DNA of 64,000 nt. Origin: Ascidiella aspersa (lineage: Eukaryota). The translations under genes were made by a program, and so were the position numbers. Below are positions 36,401 to 46,200 of the stretch, piece by piece (position 1 is the stretch's first letter; each line of letters opens with the position of its first letter). The notes under the pieces were generated by a model, which searched no databases, was not told where the DNA came from, and saw nothing but the letters and a program-made list of their open reading frames with translations. The stretch is from contig OZ004615.1 in assembly GCA_963924565.1 (NCBI GenBank), positions 18,662,001 through 18,726,000 of the forward strand. Direction: 5' to 3'.

Positions 36401-39400
36401 CCGTCTTCCAGGGTTCCGTGTCCTCTTCCGGAACAGCACATGGGATGAATCGTATCCCGGAGGGAGAGGAGATGTCTGGACGACCCCCGCTCCACGATCA
36501 GGACGACGTCTTCTCGGAAGGAGGGCAGGCGAAGCGCAACGCCGCAGGTGAGAGTCACAAGAGTGGAGAAACTTTCAGGTCATAAGGAAGGTAGTGGTTC
36601 CCAAACTCTTTTGGCTCGCAACACAATAAAAATATCTTAAATATTTCGGAACACACTTTTAACAGAACAACAATACAGTTATTTTATCGCCCTTATTACA
36701 CAACGAACTATATGTAAATGTCTCAATATGATTAATTTGTAATGGATAGTGCGTAATTTAAGTCTAAAATGCTTGCATGTAGGCCTATTGGTAATAAAAA
36801 TACTTCACGTTTTATGGTTGAAACTTGAAAGTGTCACTGAGAAGGAGTGGTGTTCAGTGTAGCCAAAATATCAGGGTTGACACTGTACAGTCGTTGAATG
36901 TCTTTGAATTGGTTTGCGTACTACAAAGTTCTTAGATGAGCCAATGTTTTTCCGAAAGTCTTTCAATTTATTTTTTGTGCAGCCTAGGTTATGTGTTAAG
37001 ACTTAAGAACGTATCAGACTAAAACATAACTTAACCTACTTGTTATTCTGTTGACAATGGCATTTATACAGTTTTCTTTTTTTAAATTATATGCAAAACA
37101 AATGTAATAAGATGTCGAATGATCGTAATTCCATATTAATTCATCATGATAAAAACTTAATAAAAGTTGTTCAAGTCTGCTGATAGTTTATTTTCACTTT
37201 GGATTTCCGAAGTGTGTAAACGACCCCATAGCGCCCTGCAGCGGTCAATTTAACGATAAACGTAAAACTGTGTTCCAGCATTTTTATAAACTGACTAAGG
37301 CTGTTACCTTACGACAGGGGTTCTTAAACTTTTTTTACCGCTGAACCCTAAAAATTTTTTAGGTGTCGCATTGACCACGATAGGCAAAAATGTCAAACAT
37401 GACGTCACACTACAAATAAAACTTCATAAATCTGTTGATTTCGGTCTAAAAAAAGTAAAAGTGAAATGGAGTCTAAATACAGTCAGTGCAAAACCGTTTT
37501 GTTTTTAATTAAAATTCCTGCCACTTTTGTCCTTGCTCAAGTTTGCCACACAGTCTTAGAATATTAAAAAATATTTGAATGTCTCCGTTGATTTGTATGT
37601 TGAAAAGTTTATGAAAAACCTATTGTGTTTTTTTGAAAAGTCTTTCAGTTTATTCTATGTCTAGCTTAAGTTATTTGTTTAAAAAGTGCCAACTATATAG
37701 TTGATAATGTGTTAACCATAACAGTTCCTGTTTTGGTTTTGAATTACACTAAAAATACGTTTTAGGTCTTTGAAAGCTAGAAATTTTCTTCGAATAGTTA
37801 AATGTCTTTTTTCGAATTTTTTTTCATATAACTATGTGGTATCCCCGTTTACCGCATACCACATATTTTACAGTTATTCCGGTGTCGTCACGTAATCACG
37901 TTAGGCAATGTGAGGATTTGGCCCTCTAAAAATGTATACCAAGAATAGGGTATTTTTGCAAAGCAGTCATTTTTAAACATCATTTTCCCCACTATTTCAG
38001 ACCCTTCACTTGGCAATCGAAAAGATTCAGAAGAAACGCAACGATACACCGAGGATCCAACTAACAGGAGGGCTCAATGTAAGTTTTACCTATCTTAAAA
38101 ATTATTTTTATTACTCATTTTCCACCTTAAAATTTTGAATTTAGAGGCCATGTAGACTCTTCCCATCTTAAAAGTTATTATTATTAGTCATTTTCCACCT
38201 TAAAATTTTGGTTTTAGAAGCCATGTAGACTCTTAGCTTTTATGCGACCTTTTAAAACCTATCTTCAAAGGTATTTTTTTACATAAAATGGCATGTGTTT
38301 GATTCTATATATTCTTTCATCTCGTACAAGATTATGATTTGTTGCAAGGAGGTGGCATTTGATTCTATAAGTTTTACGTTATGATTTTTTTGTTACGGTG
38401 TATTGGGACCTAAACTCCCGGTGGGCTTATTTTGATTTATTTTTGCATGATTTTGGATTGGTGAAGCTATCCAACTGAAGTGAAAAGAGCTCACCAGAAC
38501 CGTACCAATACAGTTTAAATAAATACGGACAACTAGTATCTCGCTGAGCTTCTGGCCAAGCTGCTTGCTGCTTGGTTTAGTAATACGTAAAAATGACGAA
38601 ACAATAGACTTCTTGAAAAAAGGATAATAAAATTCACCATCTGAACTGCAGCTACGCACGTTTTGCCACTGTCAAATAAAAACCTGAAACTGAAAAGCCA
38701 AATCTATGTTAAAAGGCATAAAGATTTTTTTGAAACGTTCACAAAATAATACCTACTTCTGTATAGCCAATGAAACCTGAACACACATATGTGTGTTTAC
38801 AACTGAAATCTAGCCCTTCTGAATCTGCTTTTTGACCAACGATTACGGCTTACATATCATTAGTATACCGAAAGCCATTGCAGACTCTTCACTGAATCTG
38901 TCGATCAATGATGCAAGCAGGGCAGACTAGAAAAACAACTAGCTGAAGAGTCTGCAATGGCTTTCGGTATACTTCTGTATAGGCTTTTATCTTGGTTTAA
39001 CGTAGAACCACAACTTCATACAGTATGTTCCGATAGTAAAAACGATGCATAGAAACTGGCCATATTTATCTTTACACGGCGTACCAGGGACGCATACCTT
39101 TAGTTTATACTTACCTACCTTATGCCACCTGCGTAATCATCATTTCGAGCACTGCGCTAGTGAACGTTGTTTCCTTATGAGCGCAGTTCGATCGCAGAGC
39201 TCGAATCAATCCCAAGGCCCGTCGTCTTTTCGGTACGACGAAGAAGACTACCTCTTACCCTCCAACAACTCCCAAATGCCAGGTATTTCAAGTCGTCCTG
39301 TCTCTAGAGCCTCTTTCGCTTTAGGCCTGCTATGAGCAATTAATTCAATCGGCCGACGAATTTTGATAGCAGTGGATTTTCTATTTTCGCCAATCCTGTT

Positions 39401-41815
39401 TTTCTTCCTTTGAGTGACCCTCTTTAGTTTTCGCTCGTGTCTTGTGTTTTTTCTTGCATGGTGTGTAGTGGTAGCGAATTTGGTGCAAAACGTTACGGAA
39501 AACCAGACTGTGAAAGCAAAAACGACCTAATTATTTTAAGATTCTACTTACATATAAACACGTGGTCATTCTCAACAAAACCGTGTTACATTTGCAAATA
39601 TTTCTCCATTAACCAATCAGTCGGTTTCATAAACTCTTGCACCAAATCGACATTTCTTTTCAACTTTAATTTGTAGATTGTTTTAGTTCATGTAGTACCA
39701 CATTCTAACGCTTCCCGATATGAAAATATATTTTCATAAAACTAAAAAGTAGTTAGAAAGAATTGTTTTAAATGCTTACAAATAACTCTTAGGTAAAACT
39801 TTAGTGTTGATTCGTGCCGGTGGGGTATTTTAACGGGCAACTATAATACTATTAACTTTACGAAAATTGGCAGAATTAGGTAATATTCTTGTCCAAACGA
39901 ATCTGTATGAAATATTCAAATTAAAGCATAATAAAAATTCCGCTGAAATTGAAAACAACATTAAGATTTAATCATATCTCGGCTTACTGTATTTTAATAC
40001 CACTTATCAACCTTATGGGCATGTGTTATTCCTCACATATCCTAATTCGTTGAATAAATTAATTAATTATTAATCATTTTATTAATTAAACAACCGTTAA
40101 TTAACATATGCTGTTTTCTGTACGTTCGCTTTATTTTCTATGGTTAGTCCACCTAATCTAATAATTCTATTTAAAACACTTTGAAGTCTAGCGTAGTTTC
40201 ACTTAGCTTCATTGTAACGTTTAACTTAATCTAACCAGCTCAGTAACCAGATCGCCACCTCTTTCAGTCACTCCGTCCATGTGAGTTATTGAACCTGGTG
40301 GCCAGTTAACAGAATACTTACAGCTGTACCCCGACTTTTGCTAATACCAGATATGCAAGAAATGTTGATTGTGTCATTTATTTAACTCTTGATGTAATGT
40401 TACTAAAACCAAACTGAAAGCACTAATATATTCGGTTTTCGTTTAAATTACATAATTCTGTATATTATTTACGCTTTTTTTAGAAAATTAGTTAAATTTA
40501 AAAAAAAATTACGTCCACTTATTAATGCTAAAATGCTCAAACTTATATTACTAACTTGTCGTTTAATATTAGATCGTTTTTAACGAGCATATTGGAAATA
40601 TATTTTACCAATTTGCATTCGTAACACTCTTACAACAATTGATTAAGCATGGAAAATAATCTACAGTACTATACGTCTTGATATTAATTACCAATGAGCG
40701 ATGAAACAGTCGCATTAGACCAGTGGTGCTTAACCGAGGCAGTTTAACATTACGCGAAGGGTTTAATTAAACCACATATACACATGTGTGTCGGGATGAC
40801 CCTATTGGTTATATATTGTTTTGGGCTTAGCGAAATGAGTCGTCCTGGGTGGGTTCTTTGCAAGAAAAAATAACAATAAATTCGTAGATCTAATGTTGTG
40901 AGTTCAAGTCTCACCACAGATTACTTTCTGGCATGCCTTGCTTAAAAATCATCAAAAGGCCAAACGATGGGCATTTTGGTAACGCTTGGAATGCAATTTG
41001 GCATTTTAAAGTTCTCAAAAGCGTCGCGGATTAAAGAAAAAAAACGGTTAAGAACCACTGCAGTGAAGTTTGCGAACGAGCTAACCACCTCGCATGCGTT
41101 TGCCTTTGCACCGTTTCCAACAAGCAAACCTGCATCGTTGCATGACACGCCATCTTTGCATCTCTTTCCTGACTTGTTGACAGCCTACCTTGACCTCGAA
41201 GGTCCCAGCCACGCCCCTCCACCGCAACACCGCCCCCAACACGCCCCCCAGCGCGCGCCAATCAGCAACGGCGGCGCGCCCGCCCAAGCCATGGTGGCCA
41301 ACCAGGCCTACGTGGAGGGGAACTCCCTGGCGCCGGCAAAGGACGACCGAAGCGGCTACGAGGAGCTGTCGGCTTGCGGAAAGTCCCCGGTGATTCCCCG
41401 CGGCGGCGGTGACGTGGATTACGTGAATATGACGGAGGGCGAGAGTCTGACGCCTACGTGGTTTGAGAACGCAGAGTACATGGCCACGGACAGCGGCATC
41501 GGCGAGGACACCCAGTCCCTGCTGTCCCGGGGAAACACCGGGGGCCGGGTGAACCGCAAGGCATCGACCCAGTCCTCGTTCGACGAAAACGACGAGATCG
41601 CCTTCCGCAAATCCGACGCAAGGAACCGAAAGAAGAAGCAGCAAGCTGAAGAAAAAGGAGCCTTGAGGAGCGGCAACGATCCGACGTGGTCCGGGTCCTC
41701 TGATGACGAGCCGGCCAACAACCCGTTTCGCGCCGCCATCGAGAACCCTGAATACATGGGTCTCCTGCAGAACCGGGAAGGCACCGCTCAGCAGGAGCTG
41801 CACACGAATATTTGA
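473..41815 (+). CDS. EGFR: EGF receptor (ErbB family) tyrosine kinase, 5'-partial, multi-exon
   Basis: GT-AG exons in continuous frame: 473-611, 941-1048, 1706-1841, 4451-4576, 4943-5061, [one of 6210-6335 / 6895-7014 / 8336-8461], 9081-9276, 10301-10390, 12064-12174, 13616-13700, 15283-15395, 17780-17918 (TM), 20088-20255, 20608-20694, 21416-21607, 23338-23493, 24131-24253, 27321-27420, 31060-31157, 32273-32428, 33409-33486, 36262-36547, 38001-38078, 39187-39282, 41184-41815 (TGA). Motifs: [93 protein letters not shown]. Signal peptide and L1 lie upstream of the window. Confidence 0.96.
2968..3564. mobile_element. hAT MITE family 1, copy 1
   Basis: TIR cagggtggg-type; perfect 8-bp TSD ctctaagg; internally homologous to 25596-26249. 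Confidence 0.9.
6210..6335 (+). CDS. EGFR: EGFR L2 C-terminal alternative exon A (126 nt, phase 1-1)
   Basis: ctgtcag|GT...TGT T|gtgagt; encodes [42 protein letters not shown], homologous to human [23 protein letters not shown]...NRGENSC. Confidence 0.9.
6895..7014 (+). CDS. EGFR: EGFR L2 C-terminal alternative exon B (120 nt, phase 1-1)
   Basis: tattttcag|GA...TGT T|gtaaga; encodes [40 protein letters not shown] (LCYANTIDW is nearly identical to human LCYANTINW). This reading frame is not in the supplied ORF track. Confidence 0.9.
8309..8880 (+). promoter_or_regulatory. Cluster of four TGCATG (Rbfox) elements flanking alternative exon C
   Basis: TGCATG at 8309, 8545, 8605 and 8875. Confidence 0.5.
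8336..8461 (+). CDS. EGFR: EGFR L2 C-terminal alternative exon C (126 nt, phase 1-1)
   Basis: tgtaccag|GA...GAT G|gtagga; encodes [42 protein letters not shown]. Confidence 0.9.
11560..11930. mobile_element. Decayed tagggatgcccgat-type hAT MITE
   Basis: Right end atcgggcatcccta; ccgata/tatcgg subterminal repeats; similar motifs at 31260-31350 and near 45127. Confidence 0.55.
12298..12604. mobile_element. hAT MITE family 2
   Basis: TIR caggggttcttaaact; TSD ctttacac/ctttgcac. Confidence 0.9.
16541..16884. mobile_element. Decayed relative of the 62735-63199 MITE
   Basis: gacttaagt repeats; end cattacaacactg; TSD-like gatttaca/ggtttaca. Confidence 0.55.
17780..17918 (+). CDS. EGFR: EGFR transmembrane/juxtamembrane exon
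   Basis: [26 protein letters not shown] followed by basic [11 protein letters not shown]; ccccag acceptor and gtgagt donor. Confidence 0.93.
19487..20004. mobile_element. hAT MITE
   Basis: TIR cagtggttctcaaa; perfect TSD ccttatac; subterminal gggtcgcg repeats. Confidence 0.9.
20088..31157 (+). CDS. EGFR: EGFR tyrosine kinase domain exons (7 exons)
   Basis: All catalytic motifs intact (GSGAFG, VAVK, alphaC Glu, [11 protein letters not shown], activation-loop Tyr); predicted active kinase. Confidence 0.96.
21161..21448 (+). repeat. Tandem triplication of the 5' end of a kinase exon
   Basis: 33-nt copies gaggc...cttctgtggactgcatc at 21161, 21301 and 21416 (real exon), with a shared spacer cgctccgatcc...ctactagaaact. 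Confidence 0.88.
25596..26249. mobile_element. hAT MITE family 1, copy 2
   Basis: TIR caggggcgggcaac; TSD ttctagtg/ctctagtg. Confidence 0.9.
28341..28467. repeat. Long palindrome (51-bp arms, 1 mismatch)
   Basis: tatataaccgagtgttgctcatccagcagtattatataatcaatcgacgtt and its reverse complement; flanking direct repeat ataa(a/g)gactgtatg. Confidence 0.92.
31600..32155 (+). pseudogene. pogo/Tigger-like (DDE_1) transposase relic
   Basis: From 31964: [19 protein letters not shown]...[37 protein letters not shown] (frameshifted), matching the pogo-type pattern I.N.DETG..TVQ...GSL.SAERG...C..SA.G..IPP..IF. Confidence 0.75.
32510..32905 (-). repeat. Degenerate tandem array of about 5 tRNA/SINE-head-like units
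   Basis: Units gggt..rrtt(c/t)gaact...ggaat(a/g)cg start near 32511, 32585, 32656, 32730 and 32853; minus strand reads as a B box. Confidence 0.55.
33694..34021. mobile_element. hAT MITE family 2 (opposite orientation)
   Basis: Same TIR; perfect TSD gtttaaaa. Confidence 0.9.
37315..37505. mobile_element. hAT MITE family 2, truncated copy
   Basis: One TIR plus internal sequence (gtgaaatggagtctaaatac) complementary to the 12298-12604 copy; second TIR not found. Confidence 0.7.
38089..38234. repeat. Two-copy ~73-bp tandem duplication
   Basis: atcttaaaa...cattttccaccttaaaattttg...gccatgtagactctt twice. Confidence 0.88.
38862..38973. repeat. Perfect 30-bp inverted repeat
   Basis: agtataccgaaagccattgcagactcttca ... 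tgaagagtctgcaatggctttcggtatact. Confidence 0.92.
40721..41060. mobile_element. hAT-like MITE, decayed
   Basis: TIR cagtggtgcttaaccg / cggttaagaaccactg (15/16 match); TSD not preserved. Confidence 0.7.
41184..41815 (+). CDS. EGFR: EGFR terminal coding exon (C-tail docking sites)
   Basis: ttgacag|CC TAC...; YLDL, YEEL, YVNM, FENAEYM, IENPEYM; stop TGA 41813-41815. Confidence 0.9.
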
Positions 41816-43131
41816 GAGCTTCTTGCGCCTGTAGTTTTTAGGGGCGAGTCTCTCTTCGCTGTAATTCTGTTACAGCCCCGAGGGATGAAAGTTGGATTGT
41901 GGGCGACGCTTCGCGTTTTTTTATCGGTTGTAGATTTTTGGGCAGGGCGCGCCACCGAATGACGTCAAAGCAATGACGTCATTGACGTTGTCGGACATTA
42001 CAGATCAGATGCACTCGACAAGCAAATAGGAGTTTGCATTTTGTCCTCGCCGGAAAATGCCCGTTTTCTTTTTCACCTTGGACCGTTTTTTATCCCAATT
42101 AATTTTTTTTATTTTGGTTAATTATGTCTATAGTTTGGTTAATAATGTTTATATTTTCGTCCAGACCCTTCTTTTCTGTACACGGAATTAATTGTTTTGG
42201 TCAATTACCGCTATACTTAACGATTTCTGTACGAAACGTGAAGGGACAATGCGCATGTCCATTTTTCCAAAGCCAGTCATACTTTTTAGGAATTTTACAA
42301 AAAACAAAACCGCAGTTGGAAGGTAAAGCCATTAGTTTTTAATGTTATTTGGAATGCAAACAATAAAGTTCATTTCACTCGATTACTTACCTTAATCACT
42401 GGGTTAAGTTGTAAACCCGTTGTAGAACAAAATGATGTTGCACATCGCCATGTACTGTAAGACTGGAGGGCGACTGTTACTTATGTAATGCTCCGCTTGG
42501 TCATGGCTATTTTTTAACGAAAGACGACTGATCGTTACAGGTGTACACAATACTTGACCCAGCCAAGGTCGTCCGTTACTGTTTTTTACATTCCCCTACT
42601 TTATTTTCGTGTATACGCGAATCGAGAAATCGGACTTCGGTCCGCCGTTTTTCTCTCGCAGGTGTAAATTGTTTTCTGTTTAATTTTTTTTGCGTGTTAT
42701 AAATGAATTAACAGCGCCATTAATCGACGCAAGCCAGCCCAGTTACTTAGTCGCCTAATTACGCCCCCTGGTTTACTTTGTTTCGCAAATGGCCTTATAA
42801 ACACCATCGGAGGTAAATAATACTTGTACGGAATTAACAAGGCGATCAAGTGAAGACTACGAATCGAAAGTTCAAGTACACGCTATCGATTTCGCATTAT
42901 GTTTCCTTTTCAAAGCACCCTCGCCCTGCACTATGCATTCTACCCAACCCCTTTTTACGCCCGCTACTTTTTCTTTACTGTTCAAAGCTTGCTGCAACCG
43001 CTGTGCGCGTTTTCAGCCTATACAGAACAGTCGCGAATTCCAGAGAGGATCGTTAAATGAATAAATATTAAAAAAAGGAAATCAAAAATTTGGAAAGCAC
43101 AAAAACAGTTTTGGAAAACAATACTCGTTTT

Positions 43132-43330
43132 TTTAGTAATTTCAATAATAATATTAAACCCATTCTATTCGATAAAATCGACATTTCACTGTTACAAACG
43201 TTTTCGGCGATACCACTTGTATTATTTTTACACTGATGATGGCATGAGGTATGGCCGAAACGTTTGTAACAGCGAAGTGTCGATTTTATCGAATATAATG
43301 GCTTTAATATTTTTATTGAAATCACTAAAA
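43132..43330. repeat. Imperfect ~80-bp-arm palindrome containing a hammerhead motif
   Basis: Arms include ccattctattcgataaaatcgacatttcactgttacaaacgtt / aacgtttgtaacagcgaagtgtcgattttatcgaatataatgg. Confidence 0.9.
43228..43269 (+). ncRNA. Minimal type I hammerhead ribozyme motif (Penelope-like element type)
   Basis: ttaca-CTGATGA-tggcatgaggtatggcc-GAAA-c-GTT-tgtaa: stem I ttaca/tgtaa, imperfect stem II, palindromic aacgtt at stem III. Confidence 0.6.
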
Positions 43331-45152
43331 TAGTCTTTCTCGACTTAAATTCATTCGTTGACCACTAACATCGCTTGATTGGCCATGAACAATACCCAGT
43401 CGCTTGCCACTCGCTACACCCTTTGAACGTTTTGAAACGTTTTGCTCTAATTAAGTTCAAGTTTTTATATTTTACGAGGCTTTGCATTGATTTTTTTTCG
43501 CTTTGCAAGGTACATTCGAAAATAGAAACTCTGTTAATGCTTTTTTTAATTGAAAAAAAAAACATCGTCGCATTCGAAATCGAAAGTCCGAAATCAATCC
43601 TCTCGATATCAAAATAATTACGAACTAACTTTCTTGTTTTTACCGTTTTACGCAATCCAATCAAATGATCAAATAGAAAGCTTTTTTGTCCTTTTTGTTT
43701 AACTTTTTCTTCACCATTTTAAAAAACTAGCAGGTGATGTGATGTTTTTCCAATACTTTTTCCTTCAAATAGTTTGATTGAAGTTCGTTAAATGGCAGTA
43801 TACCACGAAAATGATTCACATTTTTGATGCGAGATCGTTTTTCGACTAAAGGTGTTGTGAAGGGCTGCGTACAGTAAGCTTATCTTATTTGTTATTAACG
43901 GTATATTTCTAAATATCAAGGTTGGCCATCTCACGGTAAAGCTGAGTTAAAATTGCGCGCAGATTGACCACTCGACTTCGAATCGTGTTTCGCCCATATC
44001 TTGTTTCTTCTGTAAAAAGTTTTTTTAACTAAGTGCCAGACACTCGTTAATGAGCTGTAAATTATCGCAAAGTGAAACCCTATAGAGTAGATTGTTCATA
44101 TGTTACTAAATCAAGTCAGCACTATCAAGGTGTGCCTTTATTCAGCGATAAGACCTAAAAGTATAAGTTTAATTGTGTAAGCATAAATCTAAGGTGTTTT
44201 CTGCCTCTTTCAAAAGTGCCACTCTATAACATACCTGTATTGTTAGTCGACAGTTGTCATATGTACGTCAATTAATATAGTACATTAAATAGGGCGCAGC
44301 ACAAGTTGATACCTTACACTGCCACGAAATAAAGAATGTAGAATGTGTAACCTCTACCATTGTGCCTGTTGATTGTGGCGACACGTCATGTACGCTTACC
44401 CGTACACTGCGTTTTGTCATGTCCACTGACCAGCAGACCACGTTCGATCAAGCGAGTTTTATTTTGTTACCCGCCCCGCCGTAGCATTGTCGTATACAAA
44501 ATAGTACTTGCCACGGCGTTTAAACAATAGTACCATCGCGCTGTACAGGTACTGTTTTCTTTTTGATCAGCAGCCTGTTCCACTTCTTCTTGGTTAAGTT
44601 TTATCGCTTCAGATGTTGTTGTACAAAGCACAGTGTACATAAATCTTATACCCGGGCCGCCTTTTTTGTTTTTTTCTTGTATCTTTGGTATTTTTGCCCC
44701 GGAAAGCGTAATAACGACTTCGCGAAGTGCGTTTTTTCGATCGTGTGAGTCTGCGCGTGTTTTTTTTTCTTTTTTGCGTTTCTACACTAATCAATGTATT
44801 AAAAAAGTGACACTTTTGTATGCATGGACTGCACATCTTTTACAAATTAAAAAAAGTGCCGTGGATCTAATTTTGAAAGATAACTTTGTGCCTATTTCAC
44901 GTTTACTGTGTAAAAGATGTCGAGAAAAAGCGAGAAAACAACTTTGATATTTCAAAGGCAAGCATAAAAAGTAGTAAAAAACGCCCTGTGCCATTAGCTT
45001 GTTATATAACTTACATTTGAGTGAGGCTAAAATGTTTTCGCTTAACCTGTAGGTCATTCCTTGATTTTCCTATCCAGCCACTTCAGCACGCTAACTGCGC
45101 GAGTGCCTAAATTCCAGGCTTTTAATTAGGGATATTCGATAATATCCAATCG

Positions 45153-46140
45153 GAGCCGATTCTCGAGGCCAACTTGCAGTATCGGTACTACTAGTGTAGT
45201 ATGAGCTGATTCTCGAGGCAAAGTTGCAGTATCGGTACTACATACATACATACATATTCGAGTGCGCGTTACATTTTACATCACAATAAAATGCACGCGT
45301 CACCATACATTGCACTCGCATGTGTACAAGTCTGTAAAGTAGTAAGAGATGTTCTTCTCCTTCCACGGCCGCCAGCTCAGCTCGTAGACGCGCTTTTGCA
45401 GAGATTAATAACTTGATCGCGACTTGCGCTCGCTGCTTGATCTTCGGGCTACGGTTTTCAGGTGCTCAGCCCACAAGCACCGCGCGGAAAGTGCTCCGCC
45501 GGGAGTTGAGCCCCGGGTCTGAGGATTGCTGGTCAGTGGCGCTAACCACTTTGCCAACACGCCCACAGTATCGGTACTACTAGTGTAGTATGAGCTGATT
45601 CTCGAGGCCAAGTTGCAGTATCGCTACTACCAGTGTAGTATGAGCTGATTCTCGAGGCCAAGTTGCAGTATCGCTACTACTAGTGTAGTATGAGCTGATT
45701 CTCGAGGCCAAGTTGCAGTATCGCTACTACTAGTGTAGTATGAGCTGATTTCTCGAGGCCAAGTTGCAGTATCGGTACTACTAGTGTAGTATGAGCTGAT
45801 TCTCGAGGCCAAGTTGCAGTATCGCTACTACTAGTGTAGTATGAGCTGATTCTCGAGGCCAAGTTGCAGTATCGCTACTACTAGTGTAGTATGAGCTGAT
45901 TTCTCGAGGCCAAGTTGCAGTATCGGTACTACTAGTGTAGTATGAGCTGATTCTCGAGGCCAAGTTGCAGTATCGCTACTACTAGTGTAGTATGAGCTGA
46001 TTCTCGAGGCCAAGTTGCAGTATCGCTACTACTAGTGTAGTATGAGCTGATTCTCGAGGCCAAGTTGCAGTATCGCTACTACTAGTGTAGTATGAGCTGA
46101 TTCTCGAGGCCAAGTTGCAGTATCGCTACTACGTGTAGTA
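45153..46140. repeat. 50-bp minisatellite, about 13 units, interrupted by the SINE
   Basis: Unit tagtgtagtatgagctgattctcgaggccaagttgcagtatcgctactac; 11 near-identical units at 45581-46132 and about 2 before the SINE. Confidence 0.97.
45242..45565 (-). mobile_element. tRNA-derived SINE
   Basis: Minus-strand head with A box tggcaaagtgg and B-box-like ggctcaactcc, 3' stem-loop, (tatg)n tail, 15-bp TSD cagtatcggtactac (45227-45241 and 45566-45580). Confidence 0.85.
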
Positions 46141-46200
46141 TAGGTGCAGTACCGATACGAAAGCGCAAAACTTCCAGCACAAAAGCAAATTTAGGCCTAA

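Larger units (their letters stand above)
41816..44900 (+). other. Probable EGFR 3' UTR (end uncertain)
   Basis: Follows the stop codon; AATAAA at 42362, 43060 and 44328; Pumilio element TGTACATA at 44634; ATTAAA near 44800 and 44850. Confidence 0.45.

Noticed and set aside
40967-41183. 5' part of the 282-aa ORF
   Set aside because: Intron and MITE sequence; the real exon starts at acceptor 41184.
41031-41803. Long antisense ORFs over the last EGFR exon
   Set aside because: Shadow ORFs of a GC-rich coding exon.
45581-46132. CRISPR-like array or repeated MASRISSYY ORFs
   Set aside because: Head-to-tail units with no unique spacers, eukaryotic context and no cas genes; the ORFs are repeat artefacts.
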